From a candidate division FCPU426 bacterium (GTDB lineage: Bacteria > Oederibacteriota > Muellerivitia > Muellerivitales > Muellerivitaceae): a stretch of 64,000 bases of DNA. Location: positions 992,001-1,056,000 of the forward strand of contig CAVRAL010000004.1 in the NCBI GenBank assembly GCA_963719085.1, in the 5' to 3' direction. Under the pieces are notes generated by a model. The model was not told the DNA's origin. It did no database searches and saw nothing but the letters and a program-made list of their open reading frames with translations. Positions 8,998-19,350 of the stretch are shown here, piece after piece. Each line of letters begins with the position of its first letter. The stretch's first letter is position 1. A program made the position numbers and the translations under genes.

Positions 8998-11900
8998 ATG
9001 AATTTAACAAAAAAAAGACACTTCCTATATGTTGCCCTAATTCTGACCGCTTTAAGCGGTTCGAGGGCCTTTGCCCAAACCTACACTTGGAAAAATGTGA
9101 CGGTTCCAGCTGGAGGTTTCGTTTCCGGCATCGAATTCAGTCCGGCTCAAAGCGGGCTGGTCTACGCGCGTACCGATATTGGCGGGGTTTATCGCTGGGA
9201 CAATACGAACAGCGTTTGGATTCCTTTAACCGATATGTTTAGTAATGCCCAGTACAACAATTATGGCGGCGAAAGCTTGGCCCCTGATCCAACCAACGCG
9301 AATATCGTTTATGTGGCCGCAGGGATGTATATATTCAACGGTAATGGCGTAATCCTGCGTTCCACGGACCAAGGTAATACCTGGACCAGCAATGCTATTG
9401 CGGTGCCTATGGGCGGAAATTACGACGGTCGCAATGCGGGTGAGCGCTTGGTCGTGGATCCTAATCTTGACACCACCCTCTATTTCGCCAGTCGAAGCAA
9501 CGGACTGTGGAAAAGCACGAACTCCGCTACGAGTTGGAACCAAGTTACCGCGTTTCCGGTGACTGGAGACGCCACCTACGGATTGAGTTACGTGACGATC
9601 CTTCCCGGCGGGAATCCGGGATCGGGGGCCGAGACGATCTTTGTTGGTGTGGAAGCCATGGCTTCCGGAAACAGCAACCTCTATCGGTCTACCAACGCAG
9701 GCGCCAGCTGGACCCTGGTTCCGGGTGGGCCCACCAATATGATCACCCCACACGCGGACTTGGGCATAGACGGCAATTTGTGGATGGTCTATGACAGTGG
9801 TGGTTACGGTCCCAACGGAATTACTACAGGACAGATTTGGAAATTAAACACCAGTACTTTGGCTTGGACTCATGTTGCTTTGCCGAACCCGGCTGCGGGT
9901 AGCGGCGGTTATGGCGGCATCAGTGTGGATGCCCAAAACGCACAGCATGTGGTGGTCACCACACTGGATTGGTGGGGCGGTCCGGACCATATCTACGCGA
10001 CCACCAATGGCGGGACTAGTTGGTCCATCATTGGAAATGTCCAAAATAGTTGGGATGGTTATGCCGCTCCCTTCGCCTTTTACGACAACAACGGCGCGAT
10101 CTGGACCCGCTTTTGCTCCACCTATGACGGGGGTGTGGGCTGGCAGGGAGACATCCGCATCGATCCCTTCAACTCCGGCCACGCCATCTACACGACCGGC
10201 GGCGGGGTTTGGGACAGCTCCAACATTACGGCCGTAACCCAGCCCGCCGGCGTGACTTGGACCTTCAAAGATTATGGCCTGGAAGAAACCGCCGTCACTG
10301 ACATGATGCCTTCGGCGGCGGGTGGAGTTTTCTTCAGCGCTTTTGGGGATATCTCCGGTATGCGGCATACCAACCTGACCCAGTCGCCGGCCGGGGGGAT
10401 GTATTGTAATCCGTCTTTCACAAACACCACGGGCATTGATTACGCCGAGTCCGGCCCCGCGACCATGGTGCGGGTGGGAAACTCGGGCACGGCTTCCACT
10501 GACGGGGCCTACTCCATCAATAACGGCGCCAGCTGGACTCCTTTTGCCGCCATGCCGGTGGGCTATGGCACCGCCAACGAAATGCAGTCCGTGGCCATTT
10601 CCGCCAACGGAGCCAATATCGTTGCCGTTCCCGTGAACGGGTATGGCACGCCCAGTTATTCCACCAACTTGGGAGCCAGCTGGGCGGCCTGCGCGGGATT
10701 GCCGAATGGTTCCCAGATTGCTTCGGATCGGGTGAACTCCAATATCTTTTACGCCACCTCCGGAACGACTCTTTATGTTAGTACCAACGGCGGCGCAAGC
10801 TTCGCCTCCGCGGGTACCTTTGCCGGCGGTGGGCGCCCTCGGGCGGTTTTCGGCATTGCCGGTGAAGTTTGGGTTCCGGCGGGCAACAGCGGGCTGTACC
10901 AGTTTACGAATGTGGGTTTGGGGGTGGTGACTACTACGAAAATTGCCAATGTTTCCAGCGCGGCGGCGGTGGGTTTTGGGAAGGCCGCCAGCGGCTTCAC
11001 CCATCCGGCGGTTTATGTGGTGGGGACGGTGAGCGGAACCTATGGATTCTTCCGTTGTGATGACGGCGTGGGCACAACTTGGACAAGGATCAATGACAAT
11101 AACCACCAGTACGGCGCGGTTGGGTTCGCCTCAGGTGATGAGACGGTCTACGGCCGGATGTATGTAGGCACTAACGGACGAGGGATTCTTTATGGTGACA
11201 CCAGTGTTACAACCCCCACGCCGACCCCGACCGCCACACGGACGGCTACTGCTACACCAACGCCCACTTTAACCGTCACCAAAACCCAAACCCCGACCGC
11301 GTCACCGACTCTAACCCCCACTCTGACGATGACAAAAACCTTTACATTGACCGCTACGCCTTCTTTAACTCCGACTTCGTCTCCCACCTCGACTCGGACG
11401 GTGACCCCTACTGTATCCCCGACGGCTAGCTTGACGGCAACCACGACCCGCACTCCGACGATGACCGCGATGCCGACGATGACGTTGACGCCGTCGCAGA
11501 CCACAACGCCGGTAGCGAGCGTTACCAATACCTATACGCCGACCGTGACAGCGACTCCCTCCGTGACCTCAACTAGGACCGCCTCGCCTACGGCTACGGC
11601 GTCGCCTACGGCCACACTTTCCGCGACCTCGACGGCGACTCGAACCCAGAGCGCGACGCCTTCCACGACCAAAACGCCGACGGTGACGACGACGCCGACG
11701 GTGACCTTGACGCCCCAATTTACCTTTACGGTGACTTTGTCTTTCACGCCCACCCCATCGACCACCTGGACCCTGTCGCCCACGGCGACCGCGACCCCTA
11801 CGGCCACCTCCACCAAGACCGCGACTTCCACCGCGACCGCCACCTTTACCCCGACCCGCACCATGACGCCGCCTTTTACCGCCACTCCGACGCCTACCAG

Positions 11901-12633
11901 CACCTCGACGGCGACCGCTCTACCCACCTCGACCTTGACGCCCTTGCCCACGGTGAGCCTGCAGTTGAATACGTCGTCTTCCTCGGCGGATGCGGGGCAA
12001 AGCTATAGCTATACCTGGGAGATTACGGTGACAGGAAGTTCGCCGCAGAACGGGACGCTGACCCAAAGCCTGCCGGCGGGAGTGACGGTGACGGGATTCT
12101 CCGGGTCTTCGGGGGTGGTGAATGGAAACCAAATCACGTGGAACCTGAACAACCTGCCGGTGGGAGTGACTCAATTGCAGGTGAATGTGGAGATTGACGG
12201 TTCGGTGGCGGGAGGGACGGAGCTTTCAAGCCAAGGGACGCTGAGCTATACGGGAGGCTCGGCCTCGTCCAACAGCGCCTCGGTGAGCGTGGTGGCTTTG
12301 ACCTCAACGCCCACCTCGACGCCGACCTTGACGTTTACGCCGACGCCGGAGCCTATAGGGGGAGTGCCGGTGTTGTACCCGAACCCGGTGAGCGGCCCGG
12401 GCCCGGTGAACATCCAATTGCCGACCTATCCGGGGACGAGCAAGGTGACGGTGCAAGTGTTCACGACGGCGTTTAGGATGGTGAACGAATTCTCGGTGAC
12501 CCAGGCGGGGGGAAGCGTGGTGTCCCTGCCCTTGACGGACCGGAACAACCGGCCCTTGGCGAACGGGCTTTATTACGTGCTGGTCAACTCGCCGGCGGGT
12601 AAATCGATTCTCAAACTGCTGATCCTGCGCTGA
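8998..12633 (+). CDS. Secreted GH74 xyloglucanase + Thr/Pro linker + DUF11-like Ig domain + CTD
   Basis: [52 protein letters not shown] and BNR repeats. Start placed at ATG 8998 (or in-frame TTG 8983) ahead of the signal peptide. Confidence 0.92.
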   Translation: MNLTKKRHFLYVALILTALSGSRAFAQTYTWKNVTVPAGGFVSGIEFSPAQSGLVYARTDIGGVYRWDNTNSVWIPLTDMFSNAQYNNYGGESLAPDPTNANIVYVAAGMYIFNGNGVILRSTDQGNTWTSNAIAVPMGGNYDGRNAGERLVVDPNLDTTLYFASRSNGLWKSTNSATSWNQVTAFPVTGDATYGLSYVTILPGGNPGSGAETIFVGVEAMASGNSNLYRSTNAGASWTLVPGGPTNMITPHADLGIDGNLWMVYDSGGYGPNGITTGQIWKLNTSTLAWTHVALPNPAAGSGGYGGISVDAQNAQHVVVTTLDWWGGPDHIYATTNGGTSWSIIGNVQNSWDGYAAPFAFYDNNGAIWTRFCSTYDGGVGWQGDIRIDPFNSGHAIYTTGGGVWDSSNITAVTQPAGVTWTFKDYGLEETAVTDMMPSAAGGVFFSAFGDISGMRHTNLTQSPAGGMYCNPSFTNTTGIDYAESGPATMVRVGNSGTASTDGAYSINNGASWTPFAAMPVGYGTANEMQSVAISANGANIVAVPVNGYGTPSYSTNLGASWAACAGLPNGSQIASDRVNSNIFYATSGTTLYVSTNGGASFASAGTFAGGGRPRAVFGIAGEVWVPAGNSGLYQFTNVGLGVVTTTKIANVSSAAAVGFGKAASGFTHPAVYVVGTVSGTYGFFRCDDGVGTTWTRINDNNHQYGAVGFASGDETVYGRMYVGTNGRGILYGDTSVTTPTPTPTATRTATATPTPTLTVTKTQTPTASPTLTPTLTMTKTFTLTATPSLTPTSSPTSTRTVTPTVSPTASLTATTTRTPTMTAMPTMTLTPSQTTTPVASVTNTYTPTVTATPSVTSTRTASPTATASPTATLSATSTATRTQSATPSTTKTPTVTTTPTVTLTPQFTFTVTLSFTPTPSTTWTLSPTATATPTATSTKTATSTATATFTPTRTMTPPFTATPTPTSTSTATALPTSTLTPLPTVSLQLNTSSSSADAGQSYSYTWEITVTGSSPQNGTLTQSLPAGVTVTGFSGSSGVVNGNQITWNLNNLPVGVTQLQVNVEIDGSVAGGTELSSQGTLSYTGGSASSNSASVSVVALTSTPTSTPTLTFTPTPEPIGGVPVLYPNPVSGPGPVNIQLPTYPGTSKVTVQVFTTAFRMVNEFSVTQAGGSVVSLPLTDRNNRPLANGLYYVLVNSPAGKSILKLLILR
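11430..12614 (+). repeat. Shared 3' tail, copy 1 (GH74)
   Basis: 1185 bp matching 14534-15718 with about 5 mismatches by eye. The part from 11649 also matches the two GH30 tails. Confidence 0.95.
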
Positions 12634-12880
12634 GGTCTGTTTAGAACTCAGCACGCCAAGGCTTGTGTCTCATCTTGAAGATTCGGCACAAGCGGCGCTG
12701 AGGCACAAGCCGAAGCGCAAGGGTTGGTCATGCCAATTCCGAATGGGAATTGGCTCATCCTGCGCTGAGGTCTGTTTAGAACTCAGCACGGCAAAGCTTA
12801 TGCCTCGGCATAGCCAGCGCTGACCGTTGTATCGGTCAGCACGGCAAGATATGTCTCCTTTTGAAAATTCGACATAGGTA
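12627..12880 (+). repeat. Array of 4 hairpin units delimited by GCGCTGA
   Basis: GCGCTGA at 12627 (includes the GH74 stop), 12695, 12762 and 12817, with inverted repeats inside each unit. Confidence 0.9.
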
Positions 12881-12897
12881 GTTTTAAGCCTGTTTGT

Positions 12898-12929
12898 AAT
12901 TGACTTTTATTCCAAAAAAGTTGACTTTT
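12898..12929. promoter_or_regulatory. Candidate AraC-type site upstream of GH5
   Basis: 12898-12914 is the reverse complement of TGGAATAAAAGTCAATT (16/17 match to 41024-41040). TTGACTTTT occurs at 12900 and 12921, 21 bp apart. Confidence 0.4.
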
Positions 12930-13076
12930 TTTATGCCGGATAAGTCTGTACGTTAAAGCGCCATATTTTAACGGTTCAAATTTCCTCTGAAAAATTAGGT
13001 GTTTTTCCCTCTATATACTGATTGTTGGTAGACTTAGCTCATCGTCATCCATATCGGCTGAAACCGAAGGGGATTT

Positions 13077-15737
13077 ATGTCGTTTTTTGCCCATAACCAA
13101 AAATCGTTTTTTGCCGCCAAACCGTTGCTGAGCGGGCTCCTTTTTTTGGCCATGATGGTTTTTGGCTTTTCAACCGCTTTCGCGCTTCCGCCCCAATTAA
13201 AAGTTCAAGGCAATGAATTGGTCACCGCCAGCGGCGGTTGTACGGTTCGCTTGACCGGCGTCAATGTGGATTCCACCGAATGGGACGCCGCGGGTGAGTA
13301 TCCGTCCGGGGGGAGCTTCATGACCCAGGTACAGGAAGCCGTCCAATATTGGAATGTCAATTTGATCCGTGTGGCCATCGACCAGGATTGGTGGGACGGA
13401 TTCGCCCAAAGCTCCCGGGGCGCCACCAGTCAGGCGAATTATCAAGCCATGATTGATTCGGTCGTCGCCTACTGTAATACCAACAATATCTATTGTGACT
13501 TGGACCTGCATTGGTCCGGGGACGGAACCACGGGATCGGCCATCCAGCAATATTCCATGCCCGATGACAACAGCGTGACCTTTTGGACCAGTATGGCCGC
13601 GCGTTACGCCAACAACCCTTCCGTTTTATTCGATCTTTTCAATGAGCCTTTCACCAATTCCTGGACCGTCTGGCTCAATGGGGGGACGACCAGCGAGGGG
13701 TTCCATACGCCGGGGTTTCAGTCTTTGCTGAATACGATACGCAATACTTCCAGCGGCGGGGGCGCCTATGCCAGCGGCACAAAGGCGGAAAATGTCTGCA
13801 TCGTCGGCGGTCAACAGTATTCTTATTACTACGTGGGCATGAGTCCGGTGGTGGATGTGGCGGGCGGCAACGGGGTGGTCTATTCGGCGCATATCTATAA
13901 CAACAAAGGCACCAACAATGCCACCGGCTGGCAGACCAACATTGATCCGGCGCTCACTTATGGTCCGGTACTCGTTGAGGAATTCGGGAACTCGAACGCC
14001 GAAACCGACAATGGAGCCTTCGTGAATACTTTGTTGCCTTGGATTAACGGCACAAACGACAAGAATTATGTTTACAGCGCCATGGCCTGGGATCTGGATC
14101 TTTCGGCGGGCCCGTCTTTGATTACCACATGGTCCTCAACCCTTTCGGCGCCGGTTTCCACGGGAACCACCGGTTGGGTATTAACCAACTTTGAAGGGCA
14201 ACAGATTTACGCTTGGTTGAAGGGGATAACTTATCCGACTTGTTCCTCGGGGCCCACCGCCACGCCGACCGTGGCCTTTACTAAAACTTTTACATCCACC
14301 ATGACCTTGACCCCAACCCAAACTCCGACGGCCACGGCTACCCGGACGCCGACTTTAACGCCCACTGCCACCCGGACCGCGACGGTCACCCCAACAGCGA
14401 CCGCCACGATTGTTTTGACGGCTACCCCAACGAAGACCGCTTCTCCCACAACCACTGCGACGCCAACCCAAACCGCCACGAAGACAGCGACTTTGACGCC
14501 AACGTTTACGATGACCCCAACACCGACCCACACCTTGACGGCAACCACGACCCGCACTCCGACGATGACCGCGACGCCGACGATGACGTTGACGCCGTCG
14601 CAGACCACAACGCCGGTAGCGAGCGTTACCAATACCTATACGCCGACCGTGACAGCGACTCCCTCCGTGACCTCAACTAGGACCGCCTCGCCTACGGCTA
14701 CGGCGTCGCCTACGGCCACACTTTCCGCGACCTCGACGGCGACTCGAACCCAGAGCGCGACGCCTTCCACGACCAAAACGCCGACGGTGACGACGACGCC
14801 GACGGTGACCTTGACGCCCCAATTTACCTTTACGGTGACTTTGTCTTTCACGCCCACCCCATCGACCACCTGGACCCTGTCGCCCACGGCGACCGCGACC
14901 CCTACGGCCACCTCCACCAAGACGGCGACTTCCACCGCGACCGCCACCTTTACCCCGACCCGCACCATGACGCCGCCTTTTACCGCCACTCCGACGCCTA
15001 CCAGCACCTCGACGGCGACCGCTCTACCCACCTCGACCTTGACGCCCTTGCCCACGGTGAGCCTGCAGTTGAATACGTCGTCTTCCTCGGCGGACGCGGG
15101 GCAAAGCTATAGCTATACCTGGGAGATTACGGTGACAGGAAGTTCGCCGCAGAACGGGACGCTGACCCAAAGCCTGCCGGCGGGAGTGACGGTGACGGGA
15201 TTCTCCGGGTCTTCGGGGGTGGTGAATGGAAACCAAATCACGTGGAACCTGAACAACCTGCCGGTGGGAGTGACTCAATTGCAGGTGAATGTGGAGATTG
15301 ACGGTTCGGTGGCGGGAGGGACGGAGCTTTCAAGCCAAGGGACGCTGAGCTATACGGGAGGCTCGGCCTCGTCCAACAGCGCCTCGGTGAGTGTGGTGGC
15401 TTTGACCTCAACGCCCACCTCGACGCCGACCTTGACGTTTACGCCGACGCCGGAGCCTATAGGGGGAGTGCCGGTGTTGTACCCGAACCCGGTGAGCGGC
15501 CCGGGCCCGGTGAACATCCAATTGCCGACCTATCCGGGGACGAGCAAGGTGACGGTGCAAGTGTTCACGACGGCGTTTAGGATGGTGAACGAATTCTCGG
15601 TGACCCAAGCGGGGGGAAGCGTGGTGTCCCTGCCCTTGACGGACCGGAACAACCGGCCCTTGGCGAACGGGCTTTATTACGTGCTGGTCAACTCGCCGGC
15701 GGGTAAATCGATTCTCAAGCTTTTAATACTTAGGTAA
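13077..15737 (+). CDS. Secreted GH5 glycoside hydrolase + Thr/Pro linker + DUF11-like domain + CTD
   Basis: Signal peptide and clan-A motifs NLIRV, LDLHW, FDLFNEP (acid/base), YSAHIY, VEEFG (nucleophile). Confidence 0.92.
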   Translation: MSFFAHNQKSFFAAKPLLSGLLFLAMMVFGFSTAFALPPQLKVQGNELVTASGGCTVRLTGVNVDSTEWDAAGEYPSGGSFMTQVQEAVQYWNVNLIRVAIDQDWWDGFAQSSRGATSQANYQAMIDSVVAYCNTNNIYCDLDLHWSGDGTTGSAIQQYSMPDDNSVTFWTSMAARYANNPSVLFDLFNEPFTNSWTVWLNGGTTSEGFHTPGFQSLLNTIRNTSSGGGAYASGTKAENVCIVGGQQYSYYYVGMSPVVDVAGGNGVVYSAHIYNNKGTNNATGWQTNIDPALTYGPVLVEEFGNSNAETDNGAFVNTLLPWINGTNDKNYVYSAMAWDLDLSAGPSLITTWSSTLSAPVSTGTTGWVLTNFEGQQIYAWLKGITYPTCSSGPTATPTVAFTKTFTSTMTLTPTQTPTATATRTPTLTPTATRTATVTPTATATIVLTATPTKTASPTTTATPTQTATKTATLTPTFTMTPTPTHTLTATTTRTPTMTATPTMTLTPSQTTTPVASVTNTYTPTVTATPSVTSTRTASPTATASPTATLSATSTATRTQSATPSTTKTPTVTTTPTVTLTPQFTFTVTLSFTPTPSTTWTLSPTATATPTATSTKTATSTATATFTPTRTMTPPFTATPTPTSTSTATALPTSTLTPLPTVSLQLNTSSSSADAGQSYSYTWEITVTGSSPQNGTLTQSLPAGVTVTGFSGSSGVVNGNQITWNLNNLPVGVTQLQVNVEIDGSVAGGTELSSQGTLSYTGGSASSNSASVSVVALTSTPTSTPTLTFTPTPEPIGGVPVLYPNPVSGPGPVNIQLPTYPGTSKVTVQVFTTAFRMVNEFSVTQAGGSVVSLPLTDRNNRPLANGLYYVLVNSPAGKSILKLLILR
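14534..15718 (+). repeat. Shared 3' tail, copy 2 (GH5)
   Basis: Near-identical to 11430-12614. Diverges only in the last ~19 nt, which still encode KLLILR*. Confidence 0.95.
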
Positions 15738-15756
15738 CGGTTGTCAGTTAATAAAT

Positions 15757-15794
15757 AAAGGCCGGCCCCATTAAGGGTCGGTCTTTTTTATTTT
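15757..15794. terminator. Probable bidirectional intrinsic terminator
   Basis: AAAGGCCGGCCC-CATTAA-GGGTCGGTCTTT stem-loop flanked by A and T tracts, between convergent genes. Confidence 0.75.
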
Positions 15795-15797
15795 GGG

Positions 15798-17255
15798 CTA
15801 ACGCATGACCGTGACGGTGCTTCGGTGTGTCGCCCCATCCACTTGGATAATGAAAACGTAAACTCCGGGAGCCACGCTATTTCCGGCGTCATCCAGCCCA
15901 TCCCACGTCAACACTTGAGAAGCCTGAAAGTCGATGGATCTTATTTTACGCCGCCTTAAATCCGTCACCACCAAGTGGCCCGGGCCGTGATAGGGGTTCA
16001 GGTTAAAGTGAGTCAAGTCATTGGGCGGATGGCCGGGGGTAAAGGGGTTGGGGCTCACAAAGGGCGTGGACAAGGGCGGCGGAATGGAACAAGCGGAAAG
16101 CGCCAGGGCGCCAAAGGTTCGGGAATCAACATTATCAAAAAAAGTCCCGTTCCAAATGAGCTCTCCCGCCCGGCACCCCGCGTCGCTTTCATAAACACCT
16201 AGGTCGAAACCCAGCGTCGTTCCAGCGGAAGGCGTCAGGCCTAAAGTGGTCCAGGGAATGGCCGCTTCCAAGGTATATCCGTTGGATAGGGTGGTGGTTG
16301 AAAAAAGGACCCCGGTGGTGCGGTTTTGACGTTCGCCTACCACGGGGTTGTTCCAACCGAAGGTGAAACCGAAATCATCCGCTTGGTTGGTTGGGCCCAA
16401 GATGTTGTCGGTATTCAGGAAAACCTCGACCGTGTCGTTGTTAAAAGCTTGTGACGCGGCGTTGGAGAGGTTGTTTTTAATGACCGTGACGCCGATGTAA
16501 AGATATTGGTTATCCCACAAGGTCTTGAATTGAGCTGAAGTGCCGGCCGTGGACCCATCGGCCGTTTGTGTGACGGGTATCCAGGGGCCCTGCCAGGCGG
16601 GTTCCGAAAAGATTCCATCCTCGGTTAAAGTCGCGGGCTGGCAGGAGATGCCGGACGCCAAGGCGGTTCGGGCGGGGGAAATGGGCGCCTCGGGCTGCCC
16701 TGAATAAAGATAGCCGATATTGATCAACTGAAAGCCGGGAGCGGTCGAGTATTTCCAGCTCAAATTCACCGCGTTGGCGCCCGTGGCCGCTGTGTAGTCC
16801 ATTTCAATCGGGACCGGAGTTGCGGCGGGGAGGGTCGCGACGGCCGTATAAGTCGCGGAAAAAGGGCCGGGCCATTGGCTGATGAGGACACTATTGTTAA
16901 TGAGCAGGCTGACACCGCCATTTTGCGGGGAGAGACTGAAGGTATAGGGGGCGCTTCCGGCGACCGGCGGCACCAGAAATCCAGTGAAGCGGGCGCTGAA
17001 ATTATCCTTGTTGATGACCCCGTCTTCCGGGGAGCAATTAAACCAGTTGAAATTCGTACTTTCTTCCGTCCGGGTATAGGCGGGGGCGCCTGTTAGTGTG
17101 GAGTTGTTGTAATAAGAAGCCAGCAAGCCGTCACCGATGGCTGGAAGGGGAGTGGAGGTGGGAGTAGGTGTTTGCGCCACCGAAGTCATTGGGATGAAAA
17201 AAACAAAGACCCATAGCATTTTGAAGAGTCTTGAATCGAGGCTGGCGCGGTTCAT
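15798..17255 (-). CDS. Secreted PA14 + CBM9/DOMON-like sugar-binding protein with divergent CTD; no catalytic domain seen
   Basis: PA14 'GLLASYYNN..NFNW..DNFSARFTGFL'. CBM9-like 'FKTLWDNQYLYIGV..DTVEVFL..GYTLEAAIPW..LGFDL'. CTD 'VSPNPFTPG..PND..WDG..G.VAPGVYVF'. ATGA overlap with the upstream regulator. Confidence 0.8.
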   Translation of the reverse strand: MNRASLDSRLFKMLWVFVFFIPMTSVAQTPTPTSTPLPAIGDGLLASYYNNSTLTGAPAYTRTEESTNFNWFNCSPEDGVINKDNFSARFTGFLVPPVAGSAPYTFSLSPQNGGVSLLINNSVLISQWPGPFSATYTAVATLPAATPVPIEMDYTAATGANAVNLSWKYSTAPGFQLINIGYLYSGQPEAPISPARTALASGISCQPATLTEDGIFSEPAWQGPWIPVTQTADGSTAGTSAQFKTLWDNQYLYIGVTVIKNNLSNAASQAFNNDTVEVFLNTDNILGPTNQADDFGFTFGWNNPVVGERQNRTTGVLFSTTTLSNGYTLEAAIPWTTLGLTPSAGTTLGFDLGVYESDAGCRAGELIWNGTFFDNVDSRTFGALALSACSIPPPLSTPFVSPNPFTPGHPPNDLTHFNLNPYHGPGHLVVTDLRRRKIRSIDFQASQVLTWDGLDDAGNSVAPGVYVFIIQVDGATHRSTVTVMR

Positions 17256-17938
17256 GGCATAATCCGATAACCAATTTGGGGAATGGTCTCGATCTTACGG
17301 CCGGCGGGACCCAGTTTTCCCCGCAAGTGCCCCAAATGCACGTCGACGACCCGGGGAACCAAATAAGTGTTGGGGCCCCAGGCGAACTTGACGATCTCTT
17401 CCCGGGTCAGGGCTTTTTCGGGATGGGATAAAAGCACCCGTAGAATGTCAAATTCCCGGGCCGTGAGTTCCACGGATTTTTCCTTATAAAGCACTTTGTG
17501 GGAATGCAGGGAAAGTTTTAGGTCGCCTAAAATGAGCGCTTGTTCCGGCGGGGCGAATTCAGGATTCTGACGCCTTAAAATGACTCGGATGCGGGCCTCG
17601 AATTCCCGCTCATTAAAAGGTTTGGTCAAGTAATCGTCGGCACCCGCTTCCAGCCCCGCCACAATGTCATCCGAGGAGGCCCGGGCGGTCAGGATGAAAA
17701 CAGGAAGATCCCGGGTCGAGTTTTCTTTTTTGAGGCGGCGGCACAGGTCCAAACCGTCCCCGTCAGGAAGATTCAGGTCCAGCACCAAAAGATCGGGTTT
17801 GGCTTTTTGGACCGCTTCCCACCCCTCTTTCGAATTCGTGGCGGTTTCCACCCGGTAGTTTTCGGCCAAAAGCAGGTCCCGGGTCAAGGTTAAAACGGAA
17901 GGGTCGTCCTCCACGATTAAAATAAAGGGGCCGCTCAT
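17252..17938 (-). CDS. OmpR/PhoB-family response regulator
   Basis: ILIVEDD, LDLNLP, GADDYLTKPF and winged helix 'RVVDVHLGHLRGKL..IETIPQIGYR'. Start 17938 inferred from ATGA overlap with the kinase stop. Confidence 0.95.
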   Translation of the reverse strand: MSGPFILIVEDDPSVLTLTRDLLLAENYRVETATNSKEGWEAVQKAKPDLLVLDLNLPDGDGLDLCRRLKKENSTRDLPVFILTARASSDDIVAGLEAGADDYLTKPFNEREFEARIRVILRRQNPEFAPPEQALILGDLKLSLHSHKVLYKEKSVELTAREFDILRVLLSHPEKALTREEIVKFAWGPNTYLVPRVVDVHLGHLRGKLGPAGRKIETIPQIGYRIMP

Positions 17939-19350
17939 GAGTGCGCTCCTGTCGGATACCATCGAGTGGGATCGGGTTGTTTGGGCAGCTTGACGGTAAA
18001 CCGGGTGCCTTGTCCCAAGGCGCTTTTCACGTCCACCCCGCCGCCTAGGGCGCCGGTCAGCCCCTTCACAATGGAAAGCCCCAATCCGCTGCCTTCCCGG
18101 GTTTGAAAATCTTTGGGTTGTTTCACCCGGAAAAATTTATCGAAGATCAGTTCGTGATATTGCGGGTCAATGCCGATGCCCGTATCGCTCACTTCCAAAA
18201 TAAAATCACCGTTGGCCTCCGTCACGATCATCTCAATGACGCCGTGATCGGTGAACTTGATGGCGTTGGAAAGAAGGTTCTGCGCGATTTGCCGGAACAT
18301 GGTGACATCCGAGATTAAAGAGATGTAGGGGGCTTTTTTGGTCAAGGTGAGGGCGAGTCCCTTCGCTTGGGCTTGGGATTGATAAAGAGCGGTCAACTCA
18401 TTTAAATGTGTCATCACGTCCACCGCTTCCAAATAAGGTTCCACCTTGGCTGCCTCGATGCGGGCCACGGTTAAAAGATTGTTGATGAATCCGATGAGGT
18501 GGGTCGTGTTGTTGGAAATCATGAGCAGGTATTCACCCTGCTTGTCGGTGAGGGTGCCGCCTTTTCCATTCTGCAAAAAATTGGCGGCGCTTCGAATCGC
18601 GTGCAAAGGGGTCCCCAGGTCATGGGTGACGCCGGACACGAAATCCCTTTTCATGGCGTCCAGTTCCTTCAGTTGAAGCACCATGCCGTTGAAGTCCCGG
18701 GCCAGGTCCCCGATCTCGTCCCCGCGGGCGACTTGGACCAGCGAGTCCAGTTTTCCCTGGCGGACCAAGCGGGTGCCTTCGCTGATTTTTTTCAAAGGTT
18801 TCACCAGGGCTTTAGCGACCAGCCAAGACACCAGCCAGCCCAAGACCAAAGTAACCCCGGCCGTGAAGGCGCCTAAGCCCATCCACCGGCGCAATTGGGT
18901 TTGAATTTCTTTTTCCAGGGCTTGGGCGGAATAGCCGATCTCCACCCAACCCGCGGGGCCGTTTCCCGCCTGCACCTTTTGATAAAGAGAGGCGACCCGG
19001 GTGCCGTTGACGAGCCGGATGGATTGGGTTGATTCGGCGGCTCGGGGAGGCAGCGTGAGGGAAGGCGGCTGGATGATCCGCGAGCCCGTCACGGGATTAA
19101 AAAAAGCCGTATAAACAATGTCGGGATTTTGCGAGGCCAGGCGCATGAAATTAAGGACCGCCACATCCTCCCGTTGAAGCGCGGCTTCCCGCGCGGCCAG
19201 CGCGAAAGAGGCCAAATATTGTTTTTGGTCGGTTTCAGCTTGGTGTTTTAAAACCCAACGGGCGCCCGCGTAAAACAAGACAAAGACCGCCGCCAGCGTG
19301 AAAAGAACCAGTCCGGCGTGGCTTAAAAGAAAACGTTCCTTTAATTTCAT
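17935..19350 (-). CDS. Membrane sensor histidine kinase (2 TM, HAMP, HisKA, HATPase)
   Basis: DEIGDLARDFNGM (HAMP), THDLGTPL (H box), NLLSNAIKF, DTGIGI, GSGLGL. Confidence 0.95.
   Translation of the reverse strand: MKLKERFLLSHAGLVLFTLAAVFVLFYAGARWVLKHQAETDQKQYLASFALAAREAALQREDVAVLNFMRLASQNPDIVYTAFFNPVTGSRIIQPPSLTLPPRAAESTQSIRLVNGTRVASLYQKVQAGNGPAGWVEIGYSAQALEKEIQTQLRRWMGLGAFTAGVTLVLGWLVSWLVAKALVKPLKKISEGTRLVRQGKLDSLVQVARGDEIGDLARDFNGMVLQLKELDAMKRDFVSGVTHDLGTPLHAIRSAANFLQNGKGGTLTDKQGEYLLMISNNTTHLIGFINNLLTVARIEAAKVEPYLEAVDVMTHLNELTALYQSQAQAKGLALTLTKKAPYISLISDVTMFRQIAQNLLSNAIKFTDHGVIEMIVTEANGDFILEVSDTGIGIDPQYHELIFDKFFRVKQPKDFQTREGSGLGLSIVKGLTGALGGGVDVKSALGQGTRFTVKLPKQPDPTRWYPTGAHS

Noticed and set aside
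12627..12880. Hairpin arrays as CRISPR
   Set aside because: The constant part is only 7 bp, the intervening sequences are themselves repeated and palindromic, and no cas genes are present.
11430..15718. Near-identical tails as DGR template/variable repeats
   Set aside because: No reverse transcriptase is present, all copies are coding, and the differences are few, mostly synonymous and not adenine-specific.
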